DNA from: Pelomyxa schiedti
Taxonomy: Eukaryota; Protista; Evosea
Assembly (NCBI GenBank): GCA_020536535.1
Contig: JAHLWZ010000041.1
Location: 7,839 to 71,838 of the forward strand
Length of the DNA: 64,000 bases
Reading direction: 5' to 3'
The translations under genes and the position numbers were made by a program. Each line of letters begins with the position of its first letter. The first letter of the stretch is position 1. Below are positions 1 to 11,806 of this stretch, piece after piece. The notes beneath the pieces are model-generated. The model did no database searches. It worked only from the letters and a program-made list of their open reading frames with translations, and had not been told where the DNA came from.

Positions 1-670
1 TGACTGGGGTACCTTTCTCAATCCTTTTATGATGTTTTCTGAATATTATTCAGGGGCGCAACCAAGAGATGATGCCCCAGCCAAGCCGGTCACTGCGTAT
101 ATGCCACCTCAGATGTTATCAGGCAACTATTCCCGAAAAGGAGACTTGTGGGAATTTGCGGTGTTGGTCTGTGAGATGATTTTAGGATCGGTTCCCTCAG
201 TTGAACCTCTAAAAGATACAACACAAACTTCAGCTTTCATTGAGAACCAGCTTCGCCAAATGTCGCCCAGTTCCAGGAAAGGTACCACTTTTCAATCCCA
301 CACGGCGTTGGAATTCTCAAGTATTCTGCAGAAACAAACAAGCTACTAGGGATGCCATCATTTACCTCTTCAATGATGGCCACTTGCTTAGGCAGAAGAG
401 AGGCATGCCTGAAAGTCACAGAGGGGTGCCTAGTGGGATCATTTCCAATATTCACTCCTCTGATAACTCGGTGCCTATCCATTTCAGGTTTGTTTTCTAC
501 CTTGCTCTTACTTCTTTTCACTGAAACCATTCTCAAGAGTCAGAGAGACCCGAGTTTTACATTGCAGAGCGCCTTCTTTCCGTTACCCTGTCAGAGGCCC
601 TGTATCCCGAGGAGTTTACCACTGATGCCATTAACTTGTGCTTGTCTGCTCTCGGGTCATCAATAACTAC
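1..670 (+). CDS. 3' end of a protein kinase-like gene (C-lobe), possibly a pseudokinase; truncated by window start
   Basis: ORF 29..349 reads PVTAYMPPQMLSGNYSRKGDLWEFAVLVCEMILG, matching subdomains VIII-IX (YMAPE...DVWSFG...EM). Downstream LITRCLS and ERP-like text resemble subdomain XI. Confidence 0.55.
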
Positions 671-799
671 CCTAGCATATTCGGCCGCCAACTCTGAATG
701 AACATCACAAACAAATCACCACCCCACAACACCAACAAACACCCACACCCTTTTGCTTCAGACTTGTAGTCTCCAACAGCCTTGTTTTTTCAGTTTCTT

Positions 800-3700
800 T
801 TTTGGCCAAAGTTACCATCAAGGAGACATTCGGAGAAAGCACGCAACAGATGAGGAAGGAAATGTACAATTCAACAAGGAAGCGAAGATGCACCCAATTT
901 GCACAACAATCAAGGCAAAAAGAAGCGTTTTGCGAACGCCTTTCCATCATGCCAAAATTTTTTCAGCAAAAAAGATTTTGCTTTGTTGTGGTTAAGTGTT
1001 GTTGGTTCTGTGTGTCACAACCAACAGTCAGCAGTCTACAGCACCAGGTCACTCATTGTGCATTCCTCCCATAATACAACTGAAAAGGTGGGAGGGTCGC
1101 TTGTTTTGTTGGCGCGCTCTGGCGTGAAGGACAGACTGACACCATAGAGCAGTGTTGCAATTCCCCATAAGTCATTTGCTGTTCAAAATGCCAGTTGGAG
1201 TTGACAACCGTGTTTTTCCGTTCTCAGAGAGCGAATTGGCTCGAAATCATGGAAAAGGTCGTGGCAAGTGCTCCAATTGCAGACTCCCACTTGGTGTTGT
1301 ATTCATTTCATGGACTACGTATGTTTCCCTTACTCCTTCTTTGGGATAAAATTCACTGAATACAGCTCCCTTGTTTTATCTATTGGTGTAATGGTGGTAG
1401 TTACTGAGTACTTCTCTACGAAATCGCTGGAATCAAGTCTATCCAAGTCTTCAAGGGAGGTTGTGAATGAGAGAATTTACCGAGCTGTGGAGAAGTATGA
1501 ACCATTCAACTGTAGCTTCCATTATGGGTCTAAGTTTGAATAGTATTTTCAATGAAGGCATCGAAGCCGCATATTTTACGAGAGACTACACACTGCAGAC
1601 ACCTCTGCTAAACGATACTGAGAGGTTGATCTGGAGAAAGAAATTGAATACTACTGGGAGGTACAGTATTAGCCAGTAGGGGCATAATCATTGAAACGGG
1701 AAAGGTTTGAGGAAGGAAGAGTACTTTATTCATATTCCACTCAGCACCCAGCTGTGAGACTTATTGGATTTTGGAGGTTCAATTGTCTTACTTTCCACCA
1801 GCCTCACCTCTTTGACAGGTATTCATCACGTGAGGATCAGACAATAATGCAAGTGGAGACTGTGACACGAGGTTAGGATCCCTATCACTTTCGAAAGTTT
1901 TTCCCACAGCTAAATAGGGATTCCTCTATTTTGTTTTTCGGACAATTCCACTGGCTACGAGTATGGCCAGTATCACGTAAATACAAGTACCTCAGTATTC
2001 TTTAAATCAGATCAAGCTTATAAAACAATTTTCTACATCGGCGCCAATCCAGTGTGTATCTTGTCATTCATTCACTAGCTCACACTGTCCCAGCTTTTCC
2101 CGTTCTTCATGTCCCATGAAGGGATACATGTATCCGATCCCTACCAGATTATTCTTCCTGGGCTAGAGAGTGTACTTACATTGGTTCTGTTCAATCTTAT
2201 TGAACACTATGAATCTGGAAAGGCAATATGCTGGAGAGCGGCCATCAATGTTGAGGCGCTTTCAGCCTTTGTGGAGGTCTGAGATACCCGCTTTGGCGTA
2301 TCTGATTTTTTTAGGCTTTGCCACTGCCAACAGGGTCTCACGTTGCCGTGATTGAAACAAATTTCCGTATGATGGCTGCATCGGAACCAAACCTCGTTTT
2401 GAATTCTTCAAGCAAATACCGGGTATTCAAATGAATACGTTAACGCGAGAGCTGTTTGTTGCATGTATATCTGACATCAATCTAACAGTATTTCTTGCCT
2501 GATGTCAACGAACCTGTATTGGCAGCTACTGGAAAGTACCTTGAAAGTCGTTATGATAGTATGTAGGCAGCAATCGTACCATTTACTCAAGTCATTCAAA
2601 ATAACCAACGAACTAAAAGATATGTCTATGCTACCAAGGAATTTCTCAGTAGTCACCACTTTTTCGGGAGTTAAAACTGTCATTGATGTAACACAATGGA
2701 GATTAAATGAAAACAGTACAACCATATGGATTATATTGGTACTTATTAATTATTTCCTCCTCAAGTTACCATGACTCCAGGTCTCCCCTGCAAAGGGTCC
2801 GTCTAGCCAATATCTTGCCATAACTGGCTTATGCATTTCCATATTTACTCTTGTTGGGATTATCGCCTCCACCATAACCAGCATGTACACCCCAACACTC
2901 CCAAACATTTTATTCACTGCCTCTATAGGATGATAAAAAAACCTCTCGGACTTGTTGCAAAACTGTTAGGCAGTATATCTCAGCTTGATTTTGAAAGTAA
3001 AGGACGGGAATCGAACTTCTTCAAACGAAATTCCCCGATACGAGAGATAGATGATATTCAGACTAGCTACTACTCTCTGGAGGTTGGCTTGAAGTCTCTA
3101 TCATGCTATGTTCCTGGTTCCCTTGCAAAACTCCTTGTTCGCAGGTACTTTGTATGACACTAAGCTATTACATCTTCAAATTATGTGCATTAAATGCATG
3201 TCTTTAGTGACTATGAACCGCAAATTGGTGTCAAAGAAGGCAATTGTACTGTTATGTTTCTTGATGTCCAAGGATTTTCCACTCTTTGTGAAACTGTAAA
3301 TAGTGAAAAAGGTTTCTCCTTTTTATAAGGAGTTAACTGAATGTGTATTGTACTAGTTTTTACTGCTCTGGGAGAGTGTTTCGATAGCCTAAGTACGATT
3401 ATTTGCAGTTATGGTGGAACAATAGACAAGGTTCGTAACCTTATTGGAAATCTTCATGCTCCTCACTGTTTTTTTTTTAGTTTATAGGTGATGGTATGTT
3501 TTCATTTTCCACATTGATGTGCAATAACCCTTTTTCCTCTACTAGCAATTATGGCGTTTTGGAATGAAGTGCGCACTTTTTTCCTTTACTTCTCTGCGAT
3601 CTCAAAATAAGTAAATATAGCCAGAATATGTTGATAATCATCCATCAGTGGCGATGCACGCCGTCTTCGAGTGCCAAAATAAAATCACTGAGCTACAGGC

Positions 3701-4355
3701 TCAATGGACAGCGCGGGGACTCCCCTGTCTTCACGTAAAGTTTGGCCTGAGTACCGGTCCTGGTGTGCATTTCAAATGCCGTTGGCTCGAAGCTTACAAT
3801 TATAGTGCTTGTGGGCAACGTCGGCGGGAGCAAGCGCTTCAGTTACACGGTCATCGGACGAACTGGTATAACGAATATAAACCAAAGAATGTTTCTAATG
3901 CGATTCCACACACCAGTGAATTTGGCAGCAGGTCTCGAACCACTTACAAGAATTCTTGGAGTAGATGTCTTGATCAGTGAGGAATTATTTCAATGTATCA
4001 AGTCAACATTCATATGCCGGAAGTTGCCGGCAATGCCTCTCAAGGGCTTTGCACTTCCTGTGCATGTATATGAAGTAAACATTCCCAATTTTCCCGCACT
4101 TCCCAACTGACGATTCCACAGCCACTTTGTATGATATCAGACAAAACGGAACGCCTTGCGGATATGTTGAATTCCTTCAATTTTGTTATGGAAGCAAAGG
4201 AAACACCTTCCATATCCCAGTTACGAACAAGCCGGGTATCATTCGTATCAACCAATCTTTTCTATCTTAAGATACCTTTGTAGCTGGAAGAACACTGCCG
4301 AATATTCCCGGAAGATGCCGCTGCAGCCAAAATGCTGGACAGTAAAACGAGTTGA
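800..4355 (+). CDS. Membrane-bound class III adenylate cyclase (TM, extracellular Cache-like region, TM, HAMP, cyclase), multi-exon; start uncertain
   Basis: Spliced motifs CTVMFLDVQGFSTLCET (~3245-3295), YGGTIDK|FIGD|AIMAFWNE (3409-3568), VKFGLSTG, GNVGGSKRFSYTVIG, VNLAAGLE..LGVDVLISEE and LKGFALPVHVYEV. HAMP-like segment IKKPLGLVAKLLGSISQLDF...EIDDIQTSY..L..YVPGSL. Last exon LEEHCRIFPEDAAAAKMLDSKTS* ends at 4355. Confidence 0.9.
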
Positions 4356-4836
4356 TGTTCCTCCTTCCAGTGGCTTGTTCTGTTTTTATTCTCAGCACCC
4401 TTGTATGAAATGTATATACAGTTATCTGGTGCTTTGCGTACGTTCCAACATGAGAACCGAAACGAAACAAAGAAAATAAGCGAAGGTGCAAACCAAGTTT
4501 TTATTTTTCCCCGGATCTACGGGCGGAACGAAAACAGATTAAAATTCTTAACAAACACACCAGCGTAAACCGCAGTAACACCAGATCTCGTTTCAACAAG
4601 TTTCCCGAGAGTAGTACACAACAGCATAAGGGACATCGTTTTGTGGGGAGATCTGCCGCATCTTCGTTTTTCTTTCTCTTTCCCGTTCTCGAACGACACC
4701 ACGGCTAATACAAGCACCAGTCATAGCAAACACAACAACCCACTCATAGCGAGTACAGACACACCTGACTTCTCCGCCCACAACAGAGCTTTCCCTCCTC
4801 CTCTCCCACCACTCCTCAGAATAGAGGCGTAAGGGC

Positions 4837-7800
4837 ATGGACACACGCACACCAGCAAACACTACCGCAACCACAACGAATGAAAACGGGACACAAGACC
4901 AACAGGTAGAGCAAAGCACACAAGAGGGAGAAAAACCTCCTAATGTTACTTCTCAGCCACCCCAGGGCATCTTAACACCGACTTCTTCTACCATTGCCGC
5001 TGCTCTCGCTGTTGTTGCTCGTATCCATGGTGACTTGCAACATGTTGTCAATCTGCTGCGTTCTTGCCATGGAACGTCATGTTTGAAGTCACTTGTGTAC
5101 AATTTCGCACAGAGTCTGGACACCACACCCCATATCCCATCTGGTGTGAAATCCGAGGTCCCCTCTTCTACTGATGAGGATGACCGATTGCGTTCCTTGA
5201 GTGACCAGCGTGTATTAGCACACTTCACTGGGATTTCATCTGAGGCCTTAGTACTCTTTGCAGATTTAGTCCTCGCGGGTCAGGATCCAACCCAAGAAAC
5301 CAAGGCAATTTCACAATTAGTTTTTGGTTTCACTAACCTAAACAGGAATTAATTGCTCACAAAATTGGAGTGTCCTGGTATGTCATTGATGTTCTTTCTC
5401 AGTTGTGTGCCTTGCGCAACTTGTGTACATGCCACTGGGATTCCCTGCAACAAGTATGTCACTGACATGACTTTAAGTCTTAATACTCTTCAGATCTGGG
5501 CTCTTCTTCCAGACGAATTGACACCTTCCCAACAAGGCACTGTATTATTGGACCTCCGGCTACTTTTGGGCAATTTGAGTGGAAACCAAGTCACTCAGTT
5601 GCGCCAAGAAGTCCTTACCCAGGCTCCTGAGAGGCAACTGTGGTGTATGCAACAACTGCTACGTTTGCATCCCAAGCACTGTTACTTGTACCAACCAATA
5701 TACCGTTTCTTGTGCTTACAAATGGATGCCATGCTATTAGTAAAGGTTTCTTCCCTCAAAGCAAAGGACCCGTTCTTATATGCACCCAGAACTCACTTCT
5801 CCTGTTGACTCCCGTTCAGATGAGCCAGTCCATTCAACTACTTCGGTCAGAATCCTTGGTAATACTTCTAAACACACCAGTAGCTTACTCTTAGTAGCGC
5901 TTGGAAGTCAATCTTATGCTGGGGAATTTCGACACAAATACAATGACTCTGCAACACCTTTCAAATCAAAGTTCTGCAGACCAAATTACTCTTCTTAAGG
6001 CAGAGCAGCAAATAACTCAAAACCAAATTGCTGAACAATTGCAAGTTTTAGAGCAGCTCATTCAACAACCTCATTCCGGAGATGGCCAGCATTTAAAACC
6101 ATCTTCCAATAGCCTACAAGTAGTAACATCCCCAAGCTCGTCTCCCCTCCAGAATAACGAGTGTGTCTCTTATTTCCTCCCCTTCTTCTGAATTGAATTT
6201 TAGTGATAGAACTGCTACTTCTTCTAATGGGAGCACCCCGAATACATCAGGGTTCGGAAGTCAGTTGATTGATACAAGCTTCTTACTCTATACAGACGCT
6301 TAAGTCTTCGGATTGTAGAGTACCCTTCTGAAAAATCTGTGTATAGAAGAAATATTAGACCTCATCCGTCTGTTGTTGTTAATGGAGATTGGAGCCACTA
6401 CGACCTGTCACAGTTAGTTGTTGCCCCTGTTCTTGTAAGGTACGGCACCAAACTCTTGTACCTTTCTTTGACTGTCACAGGTGTGATCAAAATATTGCAG
6501 AACAGAAATTGACAGGAAATGCACCCTGTCCTGTTGAACCAAGTAGACTAATTGTATTCCGAAAACTTAAGGTCTAACATAAACTATCCCTTTCATACTG
6601 ACCATGCTTTAGATTTTAGCAACCTCACACCAAATGGGGGAGACCTTATTTGTCTTACGTTTTGAACTGCGGCAGTGCTACAGTCCTAATGAGTACCGTG
6701 TATTGGATACTGTGTGCACTCGCCCAATTGTTGTTGTATCTCACTCGACGCAATTGAAGCCAGGTCTATATACAACTTACTACACAGTTCCTAACTATTC
6801 TCCTAGCATTGAGTACTCCACCAGCCATCTGTGAAGTTGTGCCATGTACTGGGCCGATCACGGGTGGCACAAAGGTTGCCATATTGGGCAAAAACTTCGC
6901 AAATTCTCCGATGACCAAGTATACTCCGCAACCATATCTTTTTTTTACTTATTCATCAGAGTTCGCTTTGATAACATTGAGGTTTCTCCGGAGTTTTATG
7001 GTCCCTCCACTTTGATATGTACCACTCCAGAGCATGCTCCCGGCATGGTTGCTCCTCTTTTAACATATACGTCACTCACACATCAAGATTTCTGTACGAG
7101 TATGCAACGCTTCCCCTGACTGGTCTTCCAGTGCGGCCTCTTTTACATATGAAGCCAAAAAAAAATCTTTACTAAAACCTCCTGGTTCCTCTATGCTTGT
7201 TACAAGAGCTCCACTTGTAACTGAATACACAAGACCAGATATTAACACAGCAAAACCTACCACAGCAGTTGCACCACCCAAAGAACAATCGAATTATTCT
7301 GTGAGTGGTGTGCCAAAGTCTTCATGCAATGCCGGTCCCAGCTTCGAACCATCTAGCCCCACAACTGACTTGGGCACCTTGGCAGAGTCTGGGGAAATAC
7401 CTTTTTCCTCTCCATCGTTTTGCAAACTCCCTCAAGTTACTTGTACCGATAGTGACCTTGCTCTTCTTGAAGGAGGAAATAACATCACGACAGACCCGGA
7501 AAAAAACACTCCTCTTCACTGGGCAATGGCCACAGGTTCTGTTAAGGTAGTTAATAGCTTGATTGAACATGGAGCTTCTCTTGATGCCCAGAATTCATTT
7601 GGAGAAACACCCTTGCACTATGGAGCTGGTTGCCCGTCCACTGTGTGTGGAAACTTGAGATGCTGTGAGATTTTGCTTGATGCTGGGGCTGATCCAACAA
7701 TCACCTCTGCTTGTGGTCATACGGCGTTGCATTATGCTGCCGCTCACGGCAATGTACCTGTTGCGCGGTTGTCTTCTTTCTCCTTGTATCTTTAATCTAA

Positions 7801-8216
7801 ATTTAGCTTAATGATATCCTAGTTTTTACTAACTCTCGCAGATTGCTACTTGAGCATGGAGTACACCCTGACTTGACTGATGACGAGGGTGAAACTGCCC
7901 TGCACATAGCAACTGTTGAAAATCGTCGTGGCATTATTCGTGCTATTCTTTCTGCTGGTGGCAATCCCAATTGTGCGAACGCGGACGGGGAGGTACTTAC
8001 CATCACTATTGTGTATTGTCTCACGCATGTCAATAGACACCCCTCCATGTAGCCGTTGCACTCGGCGAAAGGTCCACGGCGGACTTCCTTGTGAGCCTTG
8101 GTGCTGTGACTACTGCTGTGGATTTATTTGGTTTCACACCCTACACACAGCCAAGGATTGTCACGCTTCCTAACAGGCAAACTGGACGATCTAAGACTGG
8201 TTTGTTTTCACTTTAA
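4837..8216 (+). CDS. Putative transcription factor: Ig-fold (RHD/p53/NDT80-like) DNA-binding domain, IPT/TIG domain and C-terminal ankyrin repeats
   Basis: RIVEYPSEKSVYRRNIRPHPSVVV (~6310-6385), IVFRKLK, LFVLRFELRQ...TRPIVVVSHSTQL. IPT motif ICEVVPCTGPITGGTKVAILGKNF...VRFDNIEV..LICTTPEHAPG. Ankyrin repeats NTPLHWAMATGSVKVVNSLIEHGA, GETPLHYGA, GHTALHYAAAHGN and GETALHIAT. Confidence 0.75.
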
Positions 8217-8651
8217 ACTAAAAAAAAGCTACCCAGCATAACTAAACTTAGCTCTAGGTAAAGTTCCCAACAGCAAAGCATCGATTACAATGACAACCAA
8301 TTCTCTTGTGTCACCACTATCTGATTCAGTTGTATCAGTACAAGAAAAGGCTACAGTGACTCGCCGTGTTGACCAACCAAACACGGCAATCCTCGCCATG
8401 TGACATCTCTACTGTGTAAAACAGCTTCTAAAGGAAACAAAATCCTTTGTGTGTTTTGGTGGCCTTTCACTTTGATCAATGAAACTTCCAACTCCTCGAT
8501 GTAGAAACACGGCAGGAGGCCCCGGTGCCCTCTGAGCTTAATCAATTCGGTACTCAGGAGGTTCAACTCCGATTTTTTTAGAAGTCACGATTTTTTTTTT
8601 TCGTTTTAGTTTTTTCAAAAGCAAGTAACTAGAGAAAAAAACAAAAAAAAA

Positions 8652-10948
8652 ATGAGCGTTAAGAACCTTATCGCTGGACCACCTGAAATCAGACGGGAGG
8701 AAATTCACTACAACCCGTCCACTGACCTTTTAGGTGGCGGTGCTTATGGTGACGTCTTCAAAGGTATTTTTTCGGTGCTTGTGTGGTTTCGCCCCTGTCA
8801 TACCACTTGCTCCTGGCACGAACTTAAAACGAAACGCTCTACGTACATAAGAATTAAAAAGAAAAAAGGGAAAAAAAAATTAACCACAAACCAAAACAGC
8901 CCAAGTGTCTGGTATTCCCGTTGCTCTCAAGGTCCCAAAGAAACAGGAATGGTCCAGCCCGGAAGAGCTTGCCGCTTTCAAGGAGGAAGTAGCTATTTTG
9001 AAGTGCGCCCTCAACCCTTTCTTTTGCCGAGTCGTCTAACAACAACCCAGGAGCATCTTCCACACTAATGTCGTTTTATTCCTCGGTACCTCGATTTTGC
9101 AGTCCTTTTTGTTTGTTTCGCGGTCGCCTAATCAACCGCAGGCGCTTGCACAGCTACAGGTAATGTGATGATCGTTTTGGAGATGATGCGCACGGACTTG
9201 GATAAAGTCCTACATGAGCCTGAGAACTTGCCCCCCGACATTCAAAAGTTCATGCCTCTCACGTTGGCAAAAAAACTTAAACTTGCTCATGATACTGTAT
9301 GACAAAGGGGTTTTGTGCCTGTCTAAATCGCACAAGGTTCTCGGAATAGCATGGCTGCACAATATCTCCAACGTTGTTCACAGGGATCTTAAGCCTGGTA
9401 TGGTGCTCTTCTTCGGTTTCCAGCATTTCACATTCTTTTCAGCCAACTTGCTTCTTGACGAAAATTTCCGAGTCAAGGTATCTGATTTTGGCTTCAGCCA
9501 ATTCTTCCATCCAGCAAAAAAACACATCAGTAGCAAGGAGCCTGTCAAGGGGACCAGTTACCTTTCTTGCTTGGTTGTGTAATAGAATTCTAATGCGCTC
9601 TTAGAGTTGTATCTAGCCCCTGAAGTGTGGCACTCAACACCGGCCTCGACTGCGTCTGATGTGTATGGCTCGGTCTTACAGTAATACAACTCACTTTTAA
9701 AAGATATGCGTTTGGGCTAATTCTTTGGGAGCTGTACACAGAGGAAGAACTGTTCTCTCAATACAGTGATGTCGACCCCTTCTATCGTGAAGTCATAGTT
9801 GGGGGTGTAAGGCCGGCTATACCCCCCTATGTTCCCAACCCACGCGCACCTGCCAATACTCCTGCCATGCCCACGCTTCCATCCTTGGTCCGTTTTGATT
9901 ATACTTGATGTTTTTTCCCTCATTATCTACTCAAAGGCCGACCTGATGCGACGGTGCTGGGATCCCAGACCTGAAGTGGTATGCAAGATGACTCAAGCCT
10001 ACAGTACATCTCACTTGTCTCTTCAAGCGCCCCAGTATCTCTCAGGTGCTTGTTCAACTTGAAAGTATTATGATCGAGTCTGTTGTTGCTGCTCCCTCAG
10101 GCAGAGCCTTCTGGAAGAAGCACTTTGGGTCCACAAGTGGGGTAATTTTAACTCACTCCTTCTCTCTTCTTTAACAAACTGGTGACAGGCCAACTCCGGT
10201 TTGCAACTGATGGTTTCGTGGGAGGCATTTGCAGCTGCAGTATCGGCTGAAACTGGCGTACCTACCACTGCCTTCCCGCACATTGAAAAGTTGGCTTGTG
10301 GTGAGAACTGACCGTTTATATTCCTGAACTAAATCTCGCAAAGAAACTGGTGGTGTTGAAGCCACGCGCTTTGACCTGCTTCAAAAGTGGTTTGGTGACT
10401 TCTTTGTCACAGGGAAAACGTTCATTCTTGCTGAAGTAAGCCCTTGTATCCCTCAAACCACTTTAACCCAACCCCATTGTAGATGAACAACTTGGCTGCT
10501 CAAGAGTACCGACCCATTCTTTTCTTTCAGCACAGAAGTAACATTTACCACTTTATGTAGTTGGTTCAATGGATGGGTGCAGGCCACTGAAGCTGAGCTA
10601 TGGTTGGATAAGCGACCCTCTGGCACATTCCTTGTTCGCCTGAGCACTAATTCACCAACCCAGAATCCGGTCACAATTTCCCGACGCCAAGTCAATGCCG
10701 CCGGAGTGGTAGAGACACACCACCGACGGTTTGTATCCCTCTCACCCGGTTCTTTCTGCTGAATTACTCACAGTGCCACCCGTGTTTCCTATGACCATGT
10801 TCAAGGCAGATACGCTTACCAGATCGCACAACCCAAGGCTGCCACCATTATGCACCCTGACTTGGTATCCCTGGTTGAGGAACTCATTGCCAACCACGAG
10901 CTCACTACTCCCTGCCCCTTCTGCCCCTTCGGTCTCAATTACTCCTAA
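8652..10948 (+). CDS. Shk-like TKL protein kinase with C-terminal SH2 domain
   Basis: LGGGAYGDVFK, PVALKVP, VHRDLKP|ANLLLDENFRVKVSDFGFSQ, LYLAPEVW, LILWELYT and WDPRPE. Then FDLLQKWFG and SH2 EAELWLDKRPSGTFLVRLSTNSP. Ends TTPCPFCPFGLNYS* at 10948. Architecture matches the Dictyostelium Shk family (established knowledge). Confidence 0.9.
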
Positions 10949-11004
10949 AAAAGTGTTTTGGGAAACTGAATACATGCTTCAAATAAACAGTCAATTTGAA
11001 GCTT

Positions 11005-11790
11005 CTATGGACAAGCGGTTGTCCCTTTGCAGTGGTTTGGGCTTTTTGCTGGTTGAAATTCTGAGGTTCTTATCGGGGTGCCCTCGACGGCCATTAAGTG
11101 GTAGTAGCATCTTCCGTGCCTAGGTCTACTGAGCAGTAACGGCAACGCCCCTGGACTCTCCAAGTAATTCAAATGTACCTCCTTCAGTGTCACGTGGAAT
11201 TTGTGGATCAGCCATTCGGCACTCTTGTCTTGTTTGAATTCAGCAATTCCATCAGCACATGATTTGTTCATTTTAACCTGTTGCTTGCGTTCAAGTGGAA
11301 TTCCCTCGAGAGACCTTTGGCAATGTCATGGGAAGTCAAGTTGCCATGTGTCAGGAATTCCTTCCCCAGTGAAATTGTTCCACAGGTTGGCCTCAAGGCG
11401 GCTTCAAGGGCCTCTTCCATGAGGTCTTGTTGACATCACCCACTCTACAACTGCACTGTACAGAAGGCTTCTGTGAAACCTTCCTGCAGTGGTCTTCCAA
11501 CTGTCCCATTAACTCAGAGTCATCTGCAGGCCCCGCGCACTGCGGCGGGAAGTACCGCGACGTTGCTCTAAGCATGACTGCCTTTTCCGACTGACGTACA
11601 GTTGTCCACGCAACTCCGCTTCCCCCCACGACCCGGGCACGAGGGGAAACATAGCCTCTGTGCGCGGCACATCGAGGCGGCGCTGCACACCTCTCCCATA
11701 TCATCGACACCCAAACAACGGTGTCGCGCGTGCTCAAAAGAAAAAATAAGTAGGCGTTTTCCCAGCAGGTGTATTTTGGCCACACTCGAG
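11005..11790 (-). pseudogene. Degenerate member of an ankyrin-like repeat family related to the 15964..16374 ORF; contains an apparent frameshift
   Basis: One frame gives MEEALEAALRPT...LTSHDIAKGLSREFHL and an adjacent frame gives ERKQQVKMNKS...KSAEWLIHKFHVTLKEV. These align with LSSEDIVKGL...HHFHLSGHQV...KCAEWFIREYRV at 15964..16374. Joining them needs +1 nt near 11290. Confidence 0.4.
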
Positions 11791-11806
11791 TCAGGGAGTG
11801 TTGAGG

